Below are positions 46,045 to 57,939 of a stretch of 64,000 nucleotides of DNA, piece by piece. The position numbers were made by a program, and so were the translations under genes. The notes beneath the pieces are model-generated. The model was given only the letters and a program-made list of their open reading frames with translations, was not told the DNA's origin and ran no database searches. The DNA comes from Trypanosoma brucei (lineage: Eukaryota): the NCBI GenBank assembly GCA_000002445.1, contig CH464491.1, forward strand, positions 3,136,001-3,200,000, in the 5' to 3' direction. Each line of letters begins with the position of its first letter. The stretch's first letter is position 1.

Positions 46045-47808
46045 ATGGCGTTTCTCGTACAAGTAGCAGCGGATATATTCAATAATAAAGTGAACTTTGA
46101 GCTTAGCTTCCCGTCCAGACCCAGCATATCGGAACTGACGCGTTCGGCGGAAACTGCTTTCTCAAATGAAATTTCTCTTCGCCGACCGGACAATGTGCCA
46201 TCGCACAAATTTCATTCATCGAAGATCAAAATGTACGATGAGGAGCTCAACAAATGGGTGGATCTAATAAGGGAGGACCAGTTAACGGATTATTGTCAGC
46301 TTTATGTTTTCCAACCTCCAAATGAATGGCACAAGGAAAGCCAAAAGGAAATCCCCCCTGCAATGAAGCCACCGAGTTCCGGCCAACGACACTCCGCAGG
46401 TGGTTCCTTTTCACAGGGCTCACGTGTCACTCCTAATGGAAGCCTTTCCATGCAGGGGGCTCTCGCACCGTACAACGGGTCTCGCTCACCCGTTAGCCAC
46501 CGCAGTGAGTCGCAACAGGCTCGTCACGCTTCGTTCCACGGGAGTACCTCAAATGCGCTCGTGCCGCGTGCCCAGACAGATGTGTCGCAAGAAGAAAAAC
46601 TGCGTGTGCTATTCGCGGAACTCGATGTAAAGGGTAACCGTGTGCTCGACGTTGAGGACTTCCGACACGGTTTCACTGTGTTTAATCTCAACTTCAGCCC
46701 AGCTACGGTGGACGATCTCTTTGAAAAGGGTGACAGCAACCGGGACGGGCGGATTACCTTTTCAGAATTTGAGCGGTTCGGACGGCTCTATCCAATCATG
46801 ACGGATTGCCTCTATTTCCGTTCCAGGGCTTTTTGGGAAGAAGAACAAATCAGGCGCTCTATTCAAAATGAGCGACAGGCAGTGAGACAAGCGGAGCAAG
46901 CGGTGGAGCAGGCCCGACGAGCCCTTGAGGAGGCAGAAAATGAGACAGATGCCGCTAAGGATGCCGTCGCAACTGCGGATGCGGATCTCAAGGATCGAAC
47001 GGACCGTCTGCGGGACCTCACGAGGGACATGGACAACGCAAAGCGCGAGAAGGAGCGGGCCATCCGCGAGAAGAAGGATCGCGAGAAGGAACTCTTCGAG
47101 ATTCGTGAGCGTGAAAAGGAGCTTCGGAAAGACGCACAAGAGGTGGCTCGTGAGGCTGAGAAGCAGGACCGACGGGCGTTTTCTCTCGCTGGGGAAGCGA
47201 GTGCTGCCGATGACAAGGTTCGTGCCTTGGAGAAGGCCCTTGACGAGGCTCGTCGTGCCGCTGAGCGGGCGCACAACGCCGCAGATCAGGCTGCCAGAGA
47301 CGCTGATATCGTGAAACTCCGCATGCAAGATGCTACACGAGATGCCGAGGAGGTGGCACGGGAGGTTCCCCGGGCGGAGGACGCGGTGCGGGCCGCAGAG
47401 CACAACGTATCAGCAGCAGATCAAGGGGCTCGGGAACTGGAAGGAATGGGCCGTGTGCTTTCGCGGGAGATAGAAGAGGCTGGGCAGCGACGGGATCAGA
47501 GCGAAAAGGCAGTTGAGGAGGCGAGAGGTATGATGCATGTGAAAGAGCGTCAGTTGGAGGAAGCAAAACAGCACGTTTCGGAGAGGGAACACGCCGTAAG
47601 GCTTAAGGAAATCGAACTGGCTGATCAGCTGAAGCAGCGTGAACTCGTGTCACAGCACGAGAGGACACTTATAGAGCAGGAGCTTCGGCTACGCGAACAA
47701 AGAGACAGTTTAGAGGAGCGGGAGACGAAATTGATGTCAGAAGCCAGCAGCTTCCTGGGCAATCTCCGTACGCAGTTACACGGTGGGAGGTCCTATCCGC
47801 GAGATTAA
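46045..47808 (+). CDS. EF-hand calcium-binding protein with long Ala/Arg/Glu/Asp-rich coiled coil, 587 aa.
   Basis: Two EF-hand-like loops (DVKGNRVLDVEDF, DSNRDGRITFSEFE) followed by about 300 aa of EAxRxAExA-type charged heptads. Confidence 0.6.
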   Translation: MAFLVQVAADIFNNKVNFELSFPSRPSISELTRSAETAFSNEISLRRPDNVPSHKFHSSKIKMYDEELNKWVDLIREDQLTDYCQLYVFQPPNEWHKESQKEIPPAMKPPSSGQRHSAGGSFSQGSRVTPNGSLSMQGALAPYNGSRSPVSHRSESQQARHASFHGSTSNALVPRAQTDVSQEEKLRVLFAELDVKGNRVLDVEDFRHGFTVFNLNFSPATVDDLFEKGDSNRDGRITFSEFERFGRLYPIMTDCLYFRSRAFWEEEQIRRSIQNERQAVRQAEQAVEQARRALEEAENETDAAKDAVATADADLKDRTDRLRDLTRDMDNAKREKERAIREKKDREKELFEIREREKELRKDAQEVAREAEKQDRRAFSLAGEASAADDKVRALEKALDEARRAAERAHNAADQAARDADIVKLRMQDATRDAEEVAREVPRAEDAVRAAEHNVSAADQGARELEGMGRVLSREIEEAGQRRDQSEKAVEEARGMMHVKERQLEEAKQHVSEREHAVRLKEIELADQLKQRELVSQHERTLIEQELRLREQRDSLEERETKLMSEASSFLGNLRTQLHGGRSYPRD

Positions 47809-48379
47809 TGCTTTATATGGGAGCAAATTTACCAGTGCGACGCACGCAACGTCACGGAGTGGTTGAATCAGTTGTGTGCAGGCGGGAAAATGAAGGGAGA
47901 TCATCGAAAGAAGTAATGAAAAGAATCAAGCGCTCCTCCTTTTTTGTTTAAAGTTTTATGTTCATTTTTTACTTATTGGAGGCGGACGTTTTTACCGTGT
48001 AAGGATGTTCAGGGCGCGGGGAGTTTCATAGAATATTTCTCTTTTGTTCATTTACCCCTTTTGCTCTGACTCATTGTGACCTTCTACCAACTTCCCCGAT
48101 TACTGCCGTAAACACGGCCATTAATTTTGTTGTTGTTATTGTTTTGTGCGTGTGTGTGTTTGTGCTAGTGAACCAAACGTTCGCAACATTTTATTTCCGT
48201 CCCTAGCAACCACCCAGCGGTGTGTTTGTGTGTGGCTGTGTGGGGTGTGACACTATTAGAGGTCTATAGAGAAATGGAGCAAAACAAGGAAAAAGGTTCG
48301 CGAGGAAGAGAGAAGGGGAAAAGAAGAGGTATTGGTCACGCAGGGTATCATTTGTTTTTCTTTGTGATCTCGTGGAATG

Positions 48380-48381
<2 letters not shown>

Positions 48382-48426
<45 letters not shown>
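48382..48426. repeat. (TA)n microsatellite, about 45 bp.
   Basis: Direct inspection. Generates a spurious ORF at 48220-48585. Confidence 0.95.
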
Positions 48427-48431
<5 letters not shown>

Positions 48432-48748
48432 CCACACAGTTGTCTCGCTTCCTCCTTTCTGCCAAGTAGTTAATGATCTCACGCTGTGTTCATGGCGCCA
48501 TAGAAAACCATATAATCTTCATTTTTTTTTTATGTGCTCTTGTGCCATTGCCGCTTTGTGGGTAGATGGGGTGACAGAAGGGTGATGATTGCCTCGGTAG
48601 CACATGGCCCTGCGTTGTTGCGGCGGCCCTCTCAACTGTTGTGCGTGTGCTTTTACTCATATATTCGCTGCCATAATCATTAATGCACTCATTTCTTTTT
48701 GTTTCCCTGTAAGTTCCCAAGGCTCCACCTCCAGACTTAACTGCACCA

Positions 48749-49378
48749 TTGCATACGGAGAACACGACACAGGCAATGCGGCGTAGTCCTTGTGCTGATT
48801 ACTTCACATCTCTAATGGCAACCGCCGGTTTTGTTCGATGCCGCGGTTTGAGTTCTAGCGGCCAAACAAACACCACACAAACTGTACACGTTCTCCATAG
48901 CCTATACCGTCGGTTGCGGAAGGAAGGTGAGGAACGAAAGATGCTGGAGGATGCCCTCTCCGTTAACCAACTCGAGACGAACATTCGTATCGGATTACGT
49001 CTTTTGCATTGCCACACACAGCTGGTGGATTTGAACAGACAGCTGAAGGAGTTACCCTTTTGGCGGCTAGTGAGGCGAATGTCACTTGCTGTTGCACGCC
49101 GTTATTATGCCTGGCGAATTTTTTCTATCCGGCTTCGATTGCGTAGCACAACGGCGATTAGCAACGCCCTGGTGTACACGCTCTTCCTAGTGGTTTGCTT
49201 TATGCTCTACGAGATCTATTGCGTTTGCCGCATTGGGGTGACGCGAGCGGAGGATCGGTACAAATCATTAGCCGTCCCGATAGTACAGACGTTTGAAGCC
49301 CTCGAGGAGGCGGCACGGCGACGAAAAGACATCTTGTTGAAGGAAATGGAGGGGGATATAGTTCGGCAAAGGAATTAG
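48749..49378 (+). CDS. Hypothetical protein, up to 209 aa. One predicted TM segment (LVYTLFLVVCFMLYEIY).
   Basis: ORF with non-repetitive composition in the plus-strand gene array. The start codon is uncertain (alternative Met at MATAGFV). Confidence 0.35.
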   Translation: MHTENTTQAMRRSPCADYFTSLMATAGFVRCRGLSSSGQTNTTQTVHVLHSLYRRLRKEGEERKMLEDALSVNQLETNIRIGLRLLHCHTQLVDLNRQLKELPFWRLVRRMSLAVARRYYAWRIFSIRLRLRSTTAISNALVYTLFLVVCFMLYEIYCVCRIGVTRAEDRYKSLAVPIVQTFEALEEAARRRKDILLKEMEGDIVRQRN

Positions 49379-50244
49379 ACAAACATCAGTACGTCCAAAA
49401 GGATGAGGGAATAGGATGGCTCGTTTAACTTTTTTTTTTGTCTGTCATCTCCTGGAATTATCACCCGATGGAACGTTTGCGTGCCGTGAACGTGTTACGT
49501 GTCGTTGAAGTAAATCATGGCCGTACTGGTGGGGAGAATGAACTGGCTGCGTTGCTTTATTTTCGCCGTGTGGTATGGAGTTCAGTGAAGTTACTCTAGT
49601 TGACGGATGCTTATTTCAACTCATTATCGGATACTTTGGGGGGTATGCCTTGTAGTTGGTGAGTTCCCTGCAAAGCAGCATCGTGCTGAGGTTTTTGTTA
49701 CCGCAGGTGGCGGCCAAGTTGATTGGGGGACAATTTGCACCATCAAGGAGTTAAACGCTCACCATACAGCAGTCACCGCCTTCGCATAATTTTAAATCTA
49801 TATTTAACACATGCACATATAAGCATACATATATTTATATGTGTTTTGTGAAAGCTTTTACCAGGCGAACCACTCGGCACCCCATTTAGCGCACACAGAG
49901 ATTAGCGCTGCATGCTGCGCAATCCTTTTTTTTTAATGTGCGGTTGGAGGTTGATCAGAGGCACGTTTTCCTTCTGTATGTTTACCTGTTGGATTCTTTA
50001 AGATTGTAAAGTGATGATAAGGGAAGTAACCAATTACTTCTTGATGATCAAGCAGTTCCGGGTGCTGCGAATATTAACATGTTTTTCTTTCGTCCCTTCC
50101 CCGCCACCGGTCGACCTTGCAAATACCGCTTATCACTAATGCACGTCCCCGAGACAGCAAGCACAAATATCGGAGCACATCCGCACATTCCTTTTTTTCT
50201 TTGAGCACCTCACCTTTTCCATTTTAGTAAGTGGTGCGCGGGTT

Positions 50245-52011
50245 ATGTCCGTGGCCTCTGAGGCAAATGACGTCGTATCGTTCCTCTCCAAGGTTGGGGA
50301 GCGCTACAAGCAGCACCGCGAGTTACTCCGCCGGAAGTTTTTGGAAGACGAGCGTCGCGATTGCCCCTTCAAACCAACATTGTCCAAATATACTTCACAC
50401 AGGAAACCGAGCAAAGGCTCCGAGTGCGTTGAGGCTGTGGAGAAGCGGTTATATCAACTGCATGTGCGCCAGCAGGAGTTGGCGGAAGAGCGTCAAGCTG
50501 CGCATAACAAGAGGGAGAGTGCCGAGTTGAAGGCAGTGATGCGGCCTCCGCGTCTCACCGCACAGGCGCGTTCTCTTTCGCCACGCGATCCAGCAGAAGT
50601 ATCACGGCAATGGTTGCAGAAGCGTGAAGAGAAGTTGATCCGGTTGCGTGAGGCCATCATAAAAGGAGACCTGGACGCGATGCAGTCTAAACCAACTATC
50701 TCTTCATATGCCGAAGCAAACATCACCGCTGAACGTAGAAACGGGAAAAGTATAGAAGATTATCTATTAGCTGAGCATGAGGCGAGACGAGAGCGAATGC
50801 ATCATCATTATGAAGGGGGCACAACGGCTAGTGGTCGTTCTTCTTCCCCTCTACGGCGTGTCGATTCGCAACCCGTGTTCAGACCTCGCATATCCAATTA
50901 TGCGCGACGACTCTCACTCCCTGGTCGCGTTGTGGATCGTTTACTTTCAAAAAAGAGCAGGAAAGGGGATGCGCTGCGTGACGAAAATTGCACTTTTGCA
51001 CCTCGTGTGTCATCGACCTCGACTAGGTTGCTAAGATATTTCTACAAGAATCCCAATGTGTCAGTGTACGATCGCTTATGCGATGAAAGTTACATGAGAC
51101 CTAATGGTTGCTATGCGAAGAAGGGTTCGTCTCATGTGGAACCTGGGAGCTTTGGTGTTCCGCATATAAACGAGACGTCGCGCGCAATAGTTGAACGTAA
51201 AAGAACTGGCGACGATGCGCCACTGCGGACGTATCAGCTTCGAAGCCCTACTGAACGACTTCACGCCTGCAGGGATCCCACGGCTTCGAGTGGCCGGCAC
51301 AGACGGCACTGTCAACATATGATTAGTGAACAGCTTGAAAAGGAGATATCGCAATGTACGTTTCGACCACGTGTTGACGAGGAATCGAACCAGATGTGGC
51401 GGCGGCGGTTACAACAGTTGAAGGGGGGTGGACACCCAAGAAATGTTTCAGGACTCCGTGAGCTCCTTTGGCGTCGTTCAGAAACACGTATGAAAGAGGA
51501 GTTGCGCAGGCAACGTGAGCTGCAAGAACAGAAAGAGGTGGAGGAGTGTACCTTTCACCCCAAAGTAGGGCGGGCCCCTCGAAGGCGAGTTGAGTGCGCA
51601 CTTTCCGTTCCGGAACGCAATGAGGCATGGCAGCAGCGACGGCAGAAAAAACTCAACTGTACCCGGGAAGAGGTTGAGCGTTCTGAGACATCCGAATGCT
51701 CGTTTCATCCCTCCGTTTCTTCGCTGCATTCTGCAGCTTCGGTGCCAGCCTCTAACGTAGCCGGGTACGATTCACATCTGCGGCGTCACGCGGAGTCGCG
51801 GAGGATAATTCGGGAGATGCAGGAGTGGTGGCGGCCGAAGTCTCACATATCTCGTAACAGCGGGTCAGCTCGTCGGGTGCGTTCGCAACCCCAAAAACGG
51901 GAAAAGGAATGGTGGGACTTGCCGCAGAAATGCGAGCTCAGCAGTTTTACGCGCACGTGCTCTCCCACTTCGTGGGATGATCAACTTAGTTCGTCACAGT
52001 TGGGTTCGTGA
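50245..52011 (+). CDS. Hypothetical basic protein, 588 aa, with five dispersed C-[PTS]-F-x-P-x-[LV] motifs.
   Basis: Motifs CPFKPTL, CTFAPRV, CTFRPRV, CTFHPKV and CSFHPSV spread over the whole protein and separated by R/E-rich helical segments. Confidence 0.55.
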   Translation: MSVASEANDVVSFLSKVGERYKQHRELLRRKFLEDERRDCPFKPTLSKYTSHRKPSKGSECVEAVEKRLYQLHVRQQELAEERQAAHNKRESAELKAVMRPPRLTAQARSLSPRDPAEVSRQWLQKREEKLIRLREAIIKGDLDAMQSKPTISSYAEANITAERRNGKSIEDYLLAEHEARRERMHHHYEGGTTASGRSSSPLRRVDSQPVFRPRISNYARRLSLPGRVVDRLLSKKSRKGDALRDENCTFAPRVSSTSTRLLRYFYKNPNVSVYDRLCDESYMRPNGCYAKKGSSHVEPGSFGVPHINETSRAIVERKRTGDDAPLRTYQLRSPTERLHACRDPTASSGRHRRHCQHMISEQLEKEISQCTFRPRVDEESNQMWRRRLQQLKGGGHPRNVSGLRELLWRRSETRMKEELRRQRELQEQKEVEECTFHPKVGRAPRRRVECALSVPERNEAWQQRRQKKLNCTREEVERSETSECSFHPSVSSLHSAASVPASNVAGYDSHLRRHAESRRIIREMQEWWRPKSHISRNSGSARRVRSQPQKREKEWWDLPQKCELSSFTRTCSPTSWDDQLSSSQLGS

Positions 52012-52760
52012 TAATTACGGGATGCGCGGTCCCTGTGGTCGCGTGTTGACTGGTGTTGCGCGCTTTGTTTAGTTGCGGCAGCAATGCGGTGCGCAACCCC
52101 CCGTTTTTTTTTAGACGACAATGGATGAGGTTGAGGCGTAGCGACGGCGCTCGTGCGGCTCAGACGGTAGTTGTCTATCATAGAGTTCACCCATACATGA
52201 TTATTGTCATTGATATGGTAAAGCATATACATTGAGGATCTTCATGGCAGCAGACAGAATGATGCAAGTGGGAGCACAAATGAGAAAAAAAAACAAAAAA
52301 AATCTACTTGTTCTGTTGGTTGTTGGGATTCCTTTTTTGTTTTGTTGCTTTTACTTTGTTTCACCGTTTGATGCATTGTGGTAGTGTGTTGGATACGCTG
52401 CTTTCCACTTTATTCTTCTTTACGCGCTATCACTCGGTTCCATTACGTGATGTGGGGGCACTTTCACGAAGGTTCCGGCCACTGAACTGCTGCCCCGGCA
52501 GAGGGGGATTATTTCAGCATTACTTGTTCTTCTTCCCCTTTTTGTCCCTTCGTGTAGGTCTTGGCGAGACCTGAAAGGACGTAGTTGAGGAGTTTCTTAC
52601 AAGGAAAGGGAAAGAGAGCAGAAATACACACATACACTACATATATATTTCTCGTTCCATTAAAGTGCATTAAAAACATATATCTGACCTTGCGAAAGGC
52701 GCGACCGCCTGTGTTACCGACCGGTGTTACAACACAAGGGTGGTAATAGTGGGAGGGGCG

Positions 52761-55511
52761 ATGGAAAATATTCGCGTGGTGGTACGTGTGCGGCCGTTTA
52801 TTCCGGGCGAAAACCCCCAGCAGTGCGTTACTGTTCATGACAGACAGATACGCGTCGGCGACGATCGGACGTTCGCGTTCGACAAGGTTTTCGATATGAG
52901 GGCTACATGCGATTTAGTGAACAGTTCAGTTGGAGACCCCTTAATTTCTGCGTTTGTTGATGGGTACACCGTTTCTACAATAGCGTACGGACAAACAGGT
53001 GCCGGGAAAACACACACCATGTCACGTCTATCCAGGTACGTTGTGGAACGTGTACATAAAATACTTACGAATGGCGCCGCCGAGCATTCAGGCTTAGCTT
53101 CACCAGGTGCGAGGTCAAACTCGCTGGCGGATGCTGAAGCTGCTGCAACTCAGCCCGAGTTTCGGTTTTCGGCTGTGGAGGTATACAACGATCAGATTAG
53201 CGACCTTGCCGTTTCTGCATCGTCATCATCAGCCCCTCGCCAGGTTCGAACGTTATCACTGCGGGAGGATAATCGCTGTGGTGTGTTTATTAAGGGTCTC
53301 ACTGAGACGGCCGTTGATTCTGCGGAAGGGTTGCTTACCCTTATAGAGAGATGCATATCCTCTCGTCGCACTGCAATGACGCAAGCAAACGAGACAAGCT
53401 CTCGTTCCCATTGTCTACTGACTGTGGCGCTCGTTTACCGGGGCAAAGTCGGACGGTTTGCCCTCGTTGATCTTGCGGGGAGCGAGCGGATGAAAAAGGC
53501 ACACGGCGCAACGCCGAGTGCTGCAGGTGAAGGACATTCGGGAGCAGCTGCGTCGCGGGTTAGAGAGGGCATCAGTATCAACAGTGGTCTCTTGGCCCTG
53601 GGGAATGTTATATCGGCTTTGTGTGCACGCAAGTCACATGTACCGTACCGAGCGTCGAAGTTAACGCGCCTCCTTCAACCAATGCTTAGCGGCAACTCAA
53701 AAACGACAATGATAGCTTGTGTTTCACCAGTGGCTGCGTCATTCGAGGAAACCCTCAACACGTTAAAGTACGCGAACCGTGTGAAGTCTCTCCGCACGAC
53801 GCCATTGCAAATGGCTGCTGTTTCCTCCATGGAGGACGCGCAGCGTGCCATAGAAATGCTGCATCAGCAACTTCTGGAAGCGAAGCAAGTGGGTTGTGGG
53901 CAGTTTTCCGGCATGCCATCATTTCCAACTGGCGATGTAAATGCAAAGTTGGAGGAGCTGGAGGAGAAACTAAGGGTGGAACAGAAGCTTACGCAGCGCC
54001 TAAAGGACGATCTTTTCAATGCGGAGTACACCGCGATGGTTGAGGTTGAGAAGCGGAAGAGTCTCGAAAAGCGGATTGCACTTCTTGAGTTAGTGGAGAA
54101 GGAACGATGTGTGGGTCGTGCGTCAACGAGCACTGCGGAGGTTAGTGCCGTTGGTAGTACTGTGTCGTGCCCTAGAAGGTCAGCAGAGTCTAGTGACCCT
54201 TCCGACGAGGGCGGGGATATAGAAAACAACAGGAAACTTCTAGAGAGACTAGAAGCAGAGCGGGATGAACTCGAAGCACTTAAGAAGCAAAAGGAGACAG
54301 ACTCTAAGCGGCTTGCAGAACTCGATATGGGAGGACAACATTCCATAGGGTGTGACTTTGACGGTAGCTTCTCGCAGGAGAATCTTTTGAGAGACATTGC
54401 CCTGAAGGAGCGGCATATTCAGGAACTTAAGCAGCGAAACGAAGAGGCCGTGTGGGCACTGGAAGACTCAAAGCGCAACCAGGAAGAGGTTCTTTCCGTG
54501 AAGCGTCGTCTTGAAGAAGACCTAGCGAATGCGGTCACGAAATTGGAATCAACTGAAATGGAGCAACAACGGAAGCAGGCGGAGCGGAATAGGTTGTTTG
54601 CACTGCATGAGGAGCGGCTACGCAAGGCCGAAGAAATGGCTGAAACCTACAGGCGTCGTGTGGAGGAGGCGACATTGCAGCTCAATCAGCGTCAATGTAA
54701 CGAGGAACTGATTCAACAGCTCCAGGCACAGATTCCGGAGATGCGTGAAGAGTTGAATCGCCACGTCGTTGCTGTACGCGAGGGACAGCAGCGCGAGCAG
54801 AAGATGGCTGCCTCATATGTACAAAAGGTCAAGAAAATGAAACGACAGATGCGTGAGACGGAGGCTCAGGTCTCTCGACTTCAGGTGGAGCTACAGAAGA
54901 AGGAACGTGAAATTGCTCGGGTTAAATCCAATATTGCTGATAGGTTCGACCGCTGCCTATCTAAAGCCCACGTCGAGCGGAAGCAACTGTTGCGAAACCT
55001 TCAATGCGATTCTTCCGGCCGATCTTCCAGCGTACAGAGGGAAATTGACTTAGAGCTGAGGGCGCTCGCAACGATTGAAACAGATCTTGATGATCTCATG
55101 TTGGAACGTTGTGAAATGAAAGCGCGGCTCGATGAGGTTTGCGGAAGCCCCAACGTGGTGAATAGTTGCGCGGTGGCAGCGAAAGGGTTTGAGTGTCAAT
55201 CCCGTCGCGCCGGCTCGCCAAACAGTTGTAGTGGTGCGCAGGCTGAGGCTTCTACTGACTACAGCGAGGCGCTGGGTGATGGAAATGCTGTTGTGAAGGA
55301 ACAGGCGACGAATCCACTGGTTTTCCAAACGTTGAGGCGACTGGAGGAGGTGGAGGACAGCATCGACAGCCTTCAAGAGGCACGTAAATACCACTTACAG
55401 CGGGTCCGGCGTCTACAAAATAGCTCGGCTTCGGCGCAGGGTTCTGTTACGTCCAGAGCTTGTGAATTGCTGCAGCGCAGCATTAGTGATTCTTTTAGAC
55501 AAACTTCATGA
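52761..55511 (+). CDS. Kinesin motor protein (N-terminal motor domain, C-terminal coiled-coil stalk), about 916 aa.
   Basis: P-loop GQTGAGKTHTM. Switch I SSRSH. Switch II DLAGSER. Motor start IRVVVRVRPF. Long E/K/R/L coiled coil thereafter. Confidence 0.85.
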   Translation: MENIRVVVRVRPFIPGENPQQCVTVHDRQIRVGDDRTFAFDKVFDMRATCDLVNSSVGDPLISAFVDGYTVSTIAYGQTGAGKTHTMSRLSRYVVERVHKILTNGAAEHSGLASPGARSNSLADAEAAATQPEFRFSAVEVYNDQISDLAVSASSSSAPRQVRTLSLREDNRCGVFIKGLTETAVDSAEGLLTLIERCISSRRTAMTQANETSSRSHCLLTVALVYRGKVGRFALVDLAGSERMKKAHGATPSAAGEGHSGAAASRVREGISINSGLLALGNVISALCARKSHVPYRASKLTRLLQPMLSGNSKTTMIACVSPVAASFEETLNTLKYANRVKSLRTTPLQMAAVSSMEDAQRAIEMLHQQLLEAKQVGCGQFSGMPSFPTGDVNAKLEELEEKLRVEQKLTQRLKDDLFNAEYTAMVEVEKRKSLEKRIALLELVEKERCVGRASTSTAEVSAVGSTVSCPRRSAESSDPSDEGGDIENNRKLLERLEAERDELEALKKQKETDSKRLAELDMGGQHSIGCDFDGSFSQENLLRDIALKERHIQELKQRNEEAVWALEDSKRNQEEVLSVKRRLEEDLANAVTKLESTEMEQQRKQAERNRLFALHEERLRKAEEMAETYRRRVEEATLQLNQRQCNEELIQQLQAQIPEMREELNRHVVAVREGQQREQKMAASYVQKVKKMKRQMRETEAQVSRLQVELQKKEREIARVKSNIADRFDRCLSKAHVERKQLLRNLQCDSSGRSSSVQREIDLELRALATIETDLDDLMLERCEMKARLDEVCGSPNVVNSCAVAAKGFECQSRRAGSPNSCSGAQAEASTDYSEALGDGNAVVKEQATNPLVFQTLRRLEEVEDSIDSLQEARKYHLQRVRRLQNSSASAQGSVTSRACELLQRSISDSFRQTS

Positions 55512-57939
55512 GTAATGAAGGTTTTGTTCAGTTATATATTATTGGCTTGGTTCCAAACTTTCTTTCTCTTTTTATATCCTCTCGTTTTTTGTTTGTTGTC
55601 TTCAAAAGGTGCTTTGCTCCTTCCGTCAGGTCGGAACGGTGGTGTGGAGGACGGTGAATTTTCGGTAACAGGGGTGCGAATTTTTTTCTTTTTTTTGGGA
55701 GGGGACGTTTACATATATGATATGAAAGTTATTATCATCATTTCTTTCATCGAATTTCTTTTCCCTGTTTTAATTATTATTTCCCATTGTCTTTTTCTTT
55801 TTTTTCTTTTTGCCCTTCTCTACGGTTGCTCTCTAGCAACATGTGGGGTTTTTTTTCATTGTCTCTTTTTTTATTCGTGTATTCTTCGTCCTCTTCCTTC
55901 TAACCTTCCCTTTTCACTATTCACCTTCAACCTTGTACATTTCTTCCTCGTGCTTTCTTTTTCCACACCACTGCCATCTGCGGTAACGATATCGTTGCCA
56001 TCGTAAATAACGACGGCAAAAAAGAAGAAAAAAAAGAACTGAAGCGAGGAAGGGGAATGTACATACACATATTCCCCTTTACATTCTGTTGATCAGTACT
56101 TTTCTATATCTTTATTGTTGTTGCTGTTGACCCCCTTTTTGCCGTTCGTGTTTCAACTTTTTCGCATATATGAATCAAAAGAACTTGTATATGTATATAT
56201 ATTTATTTATATATTTGTATATAGATTTACACCTATATTTTCTTGAAGAGAAACCGTCTGGTAATTTACCTCCCCTTATTTGAATAATCACTGTTTCTCT
56301 TGAATAAATTTTCGCTTCATAACCCCTCGTTGGTTGAACTATACTTATTTTTTCCCCCCTTTTAGACGTTCTGTTGTTGTTGTTGTTTTTCTTCACTTTC
56401 TTTTTTTTATGTGGGGTGGGAGAGGAGAGATAAAAAGAGGGTGCAAGGGGGGAATGCACCATTATTATCACTATTATTGTTATCATTGTTCTTTACTATC
56501 CTCATGCATCATCATCATTTGCGATGTGTCATCTCGCAAGCTGCGTGGTTAAGGAATGACAGAGAAAAGAGTGAAGGAAATAATAAAATAAAAAATTAAT
56601 TATACCGACAATAAAGGAAGAAAAGGCTTCATTCCTTTTTTTTCCTTTGTGTGGTTCGCTCTCTCTCTTTCTCTCTTCTCCTCTTTTTGATTTTTCCTTT
56701 TACGTTCTTCGTACGGGCGTGTGATAGAGACGAAAAAGTAAATGGGTGAGAAAAAACAAATAAATAAAACACAAATAACAATAATAATAATAATATTAAT
56801 ACAATACACAGTAATACTAATATTGGTAGTTGCAGAGGGTACACCGAGAGAGAGAGAGAGAAGAAAAAAAAAGAAGAGACACAGACAAACAGGATAAAAT
56901 GAATGAAGTAATTTGTGAAGAGGAGGTAATAGCAACAGCGACTGTAAGAACAACAACAATTATATTTACAGTTATCATACAGTGGAACAGGGCCTTCATT
57001 AGTAGCACGTTCTCTTCTCTGTCGACTCGCTGCTTGTTTGTTCCGTTTCCCTCTCTTTATACCTTTATCATCGTCACTGTTAGCGAGAGTCAAGGGAAAG
57101 GAAAAGGAAAGAAAGAACAAAAAAGAGCATGCGGTTAAGAGGAAACAGAAAGTCATCGGGGCCAAAACTGTTGGAGTGAAAAACGAAGACAATGGAAGAT
57201 ACAAGGCAGAAACGTTGTCATGCATTTGAACTACTACCATTCGCCTTTTTTGTTGGCTCTGGCTGTTTTTTAAGATTTGTTTTTTTTTCATTTTTCATCA
57301 TCTTTTTCAGTATGACATTCCAGCTTAATTGTATTACGCTCGGTAATGCGCATTATGCGGCAAGCTAACAACAATAATAACAAAAGAAAAAAGTGGGGGG
57401 GGGGGGCGGAGCGTGAAGCATATTTGCTCGGGAGTGTCATCGGGCCTCCGACAAACCCAATGTTCCTACCTTTCATTTTTCTCCAGTGATTTGTGAGTCT
57501 CGTTGGAAGTACTTCCATATGAGTGTGCGTGGATGGGAACTCACCTCTTCTCTTTTGTTCCTCATCTTACTTCTTCCTTTCTTCCTTCCTTTTCTCCCAT
57601 TATATGAACCCCTTCCACGGCTAATGCCCTCCGTTGAGGAGAGTGACGGGGCGGTGGGTGAGTTGGGAGCTTTCTTCAGAGTTTAGTACTACTGTACAGT
57701 CGCGCGGTAACATATCCCTTTCTTTCCTCCCTGTTTTAGGCTTATTGTTTGCCTCGCCGTCTTCTTTCTGTTAACCCACCGTCGTGATTGTTTCTATCCC
57801 TTTTTCCTTTTTTCTTCTTCTTTTCTCCCAGGTTTCCTTTCCTTTCCTTTTTCTCACTCGTAGCTCTGGTGGCGAAGCAACGGAGAGGGAGAGGTACTAT
57901 TTGTGTGTGTGTTTTAGAGGAGAGGAGAAAAGAGGGAAG

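Noticed and set aside
48220-48585. 121-aa ORF containing a YIYIYIYIYIYIYIY run.
   Set aside because: Caused by the (TA)n microsatellite at 48382-48426. Artefact.
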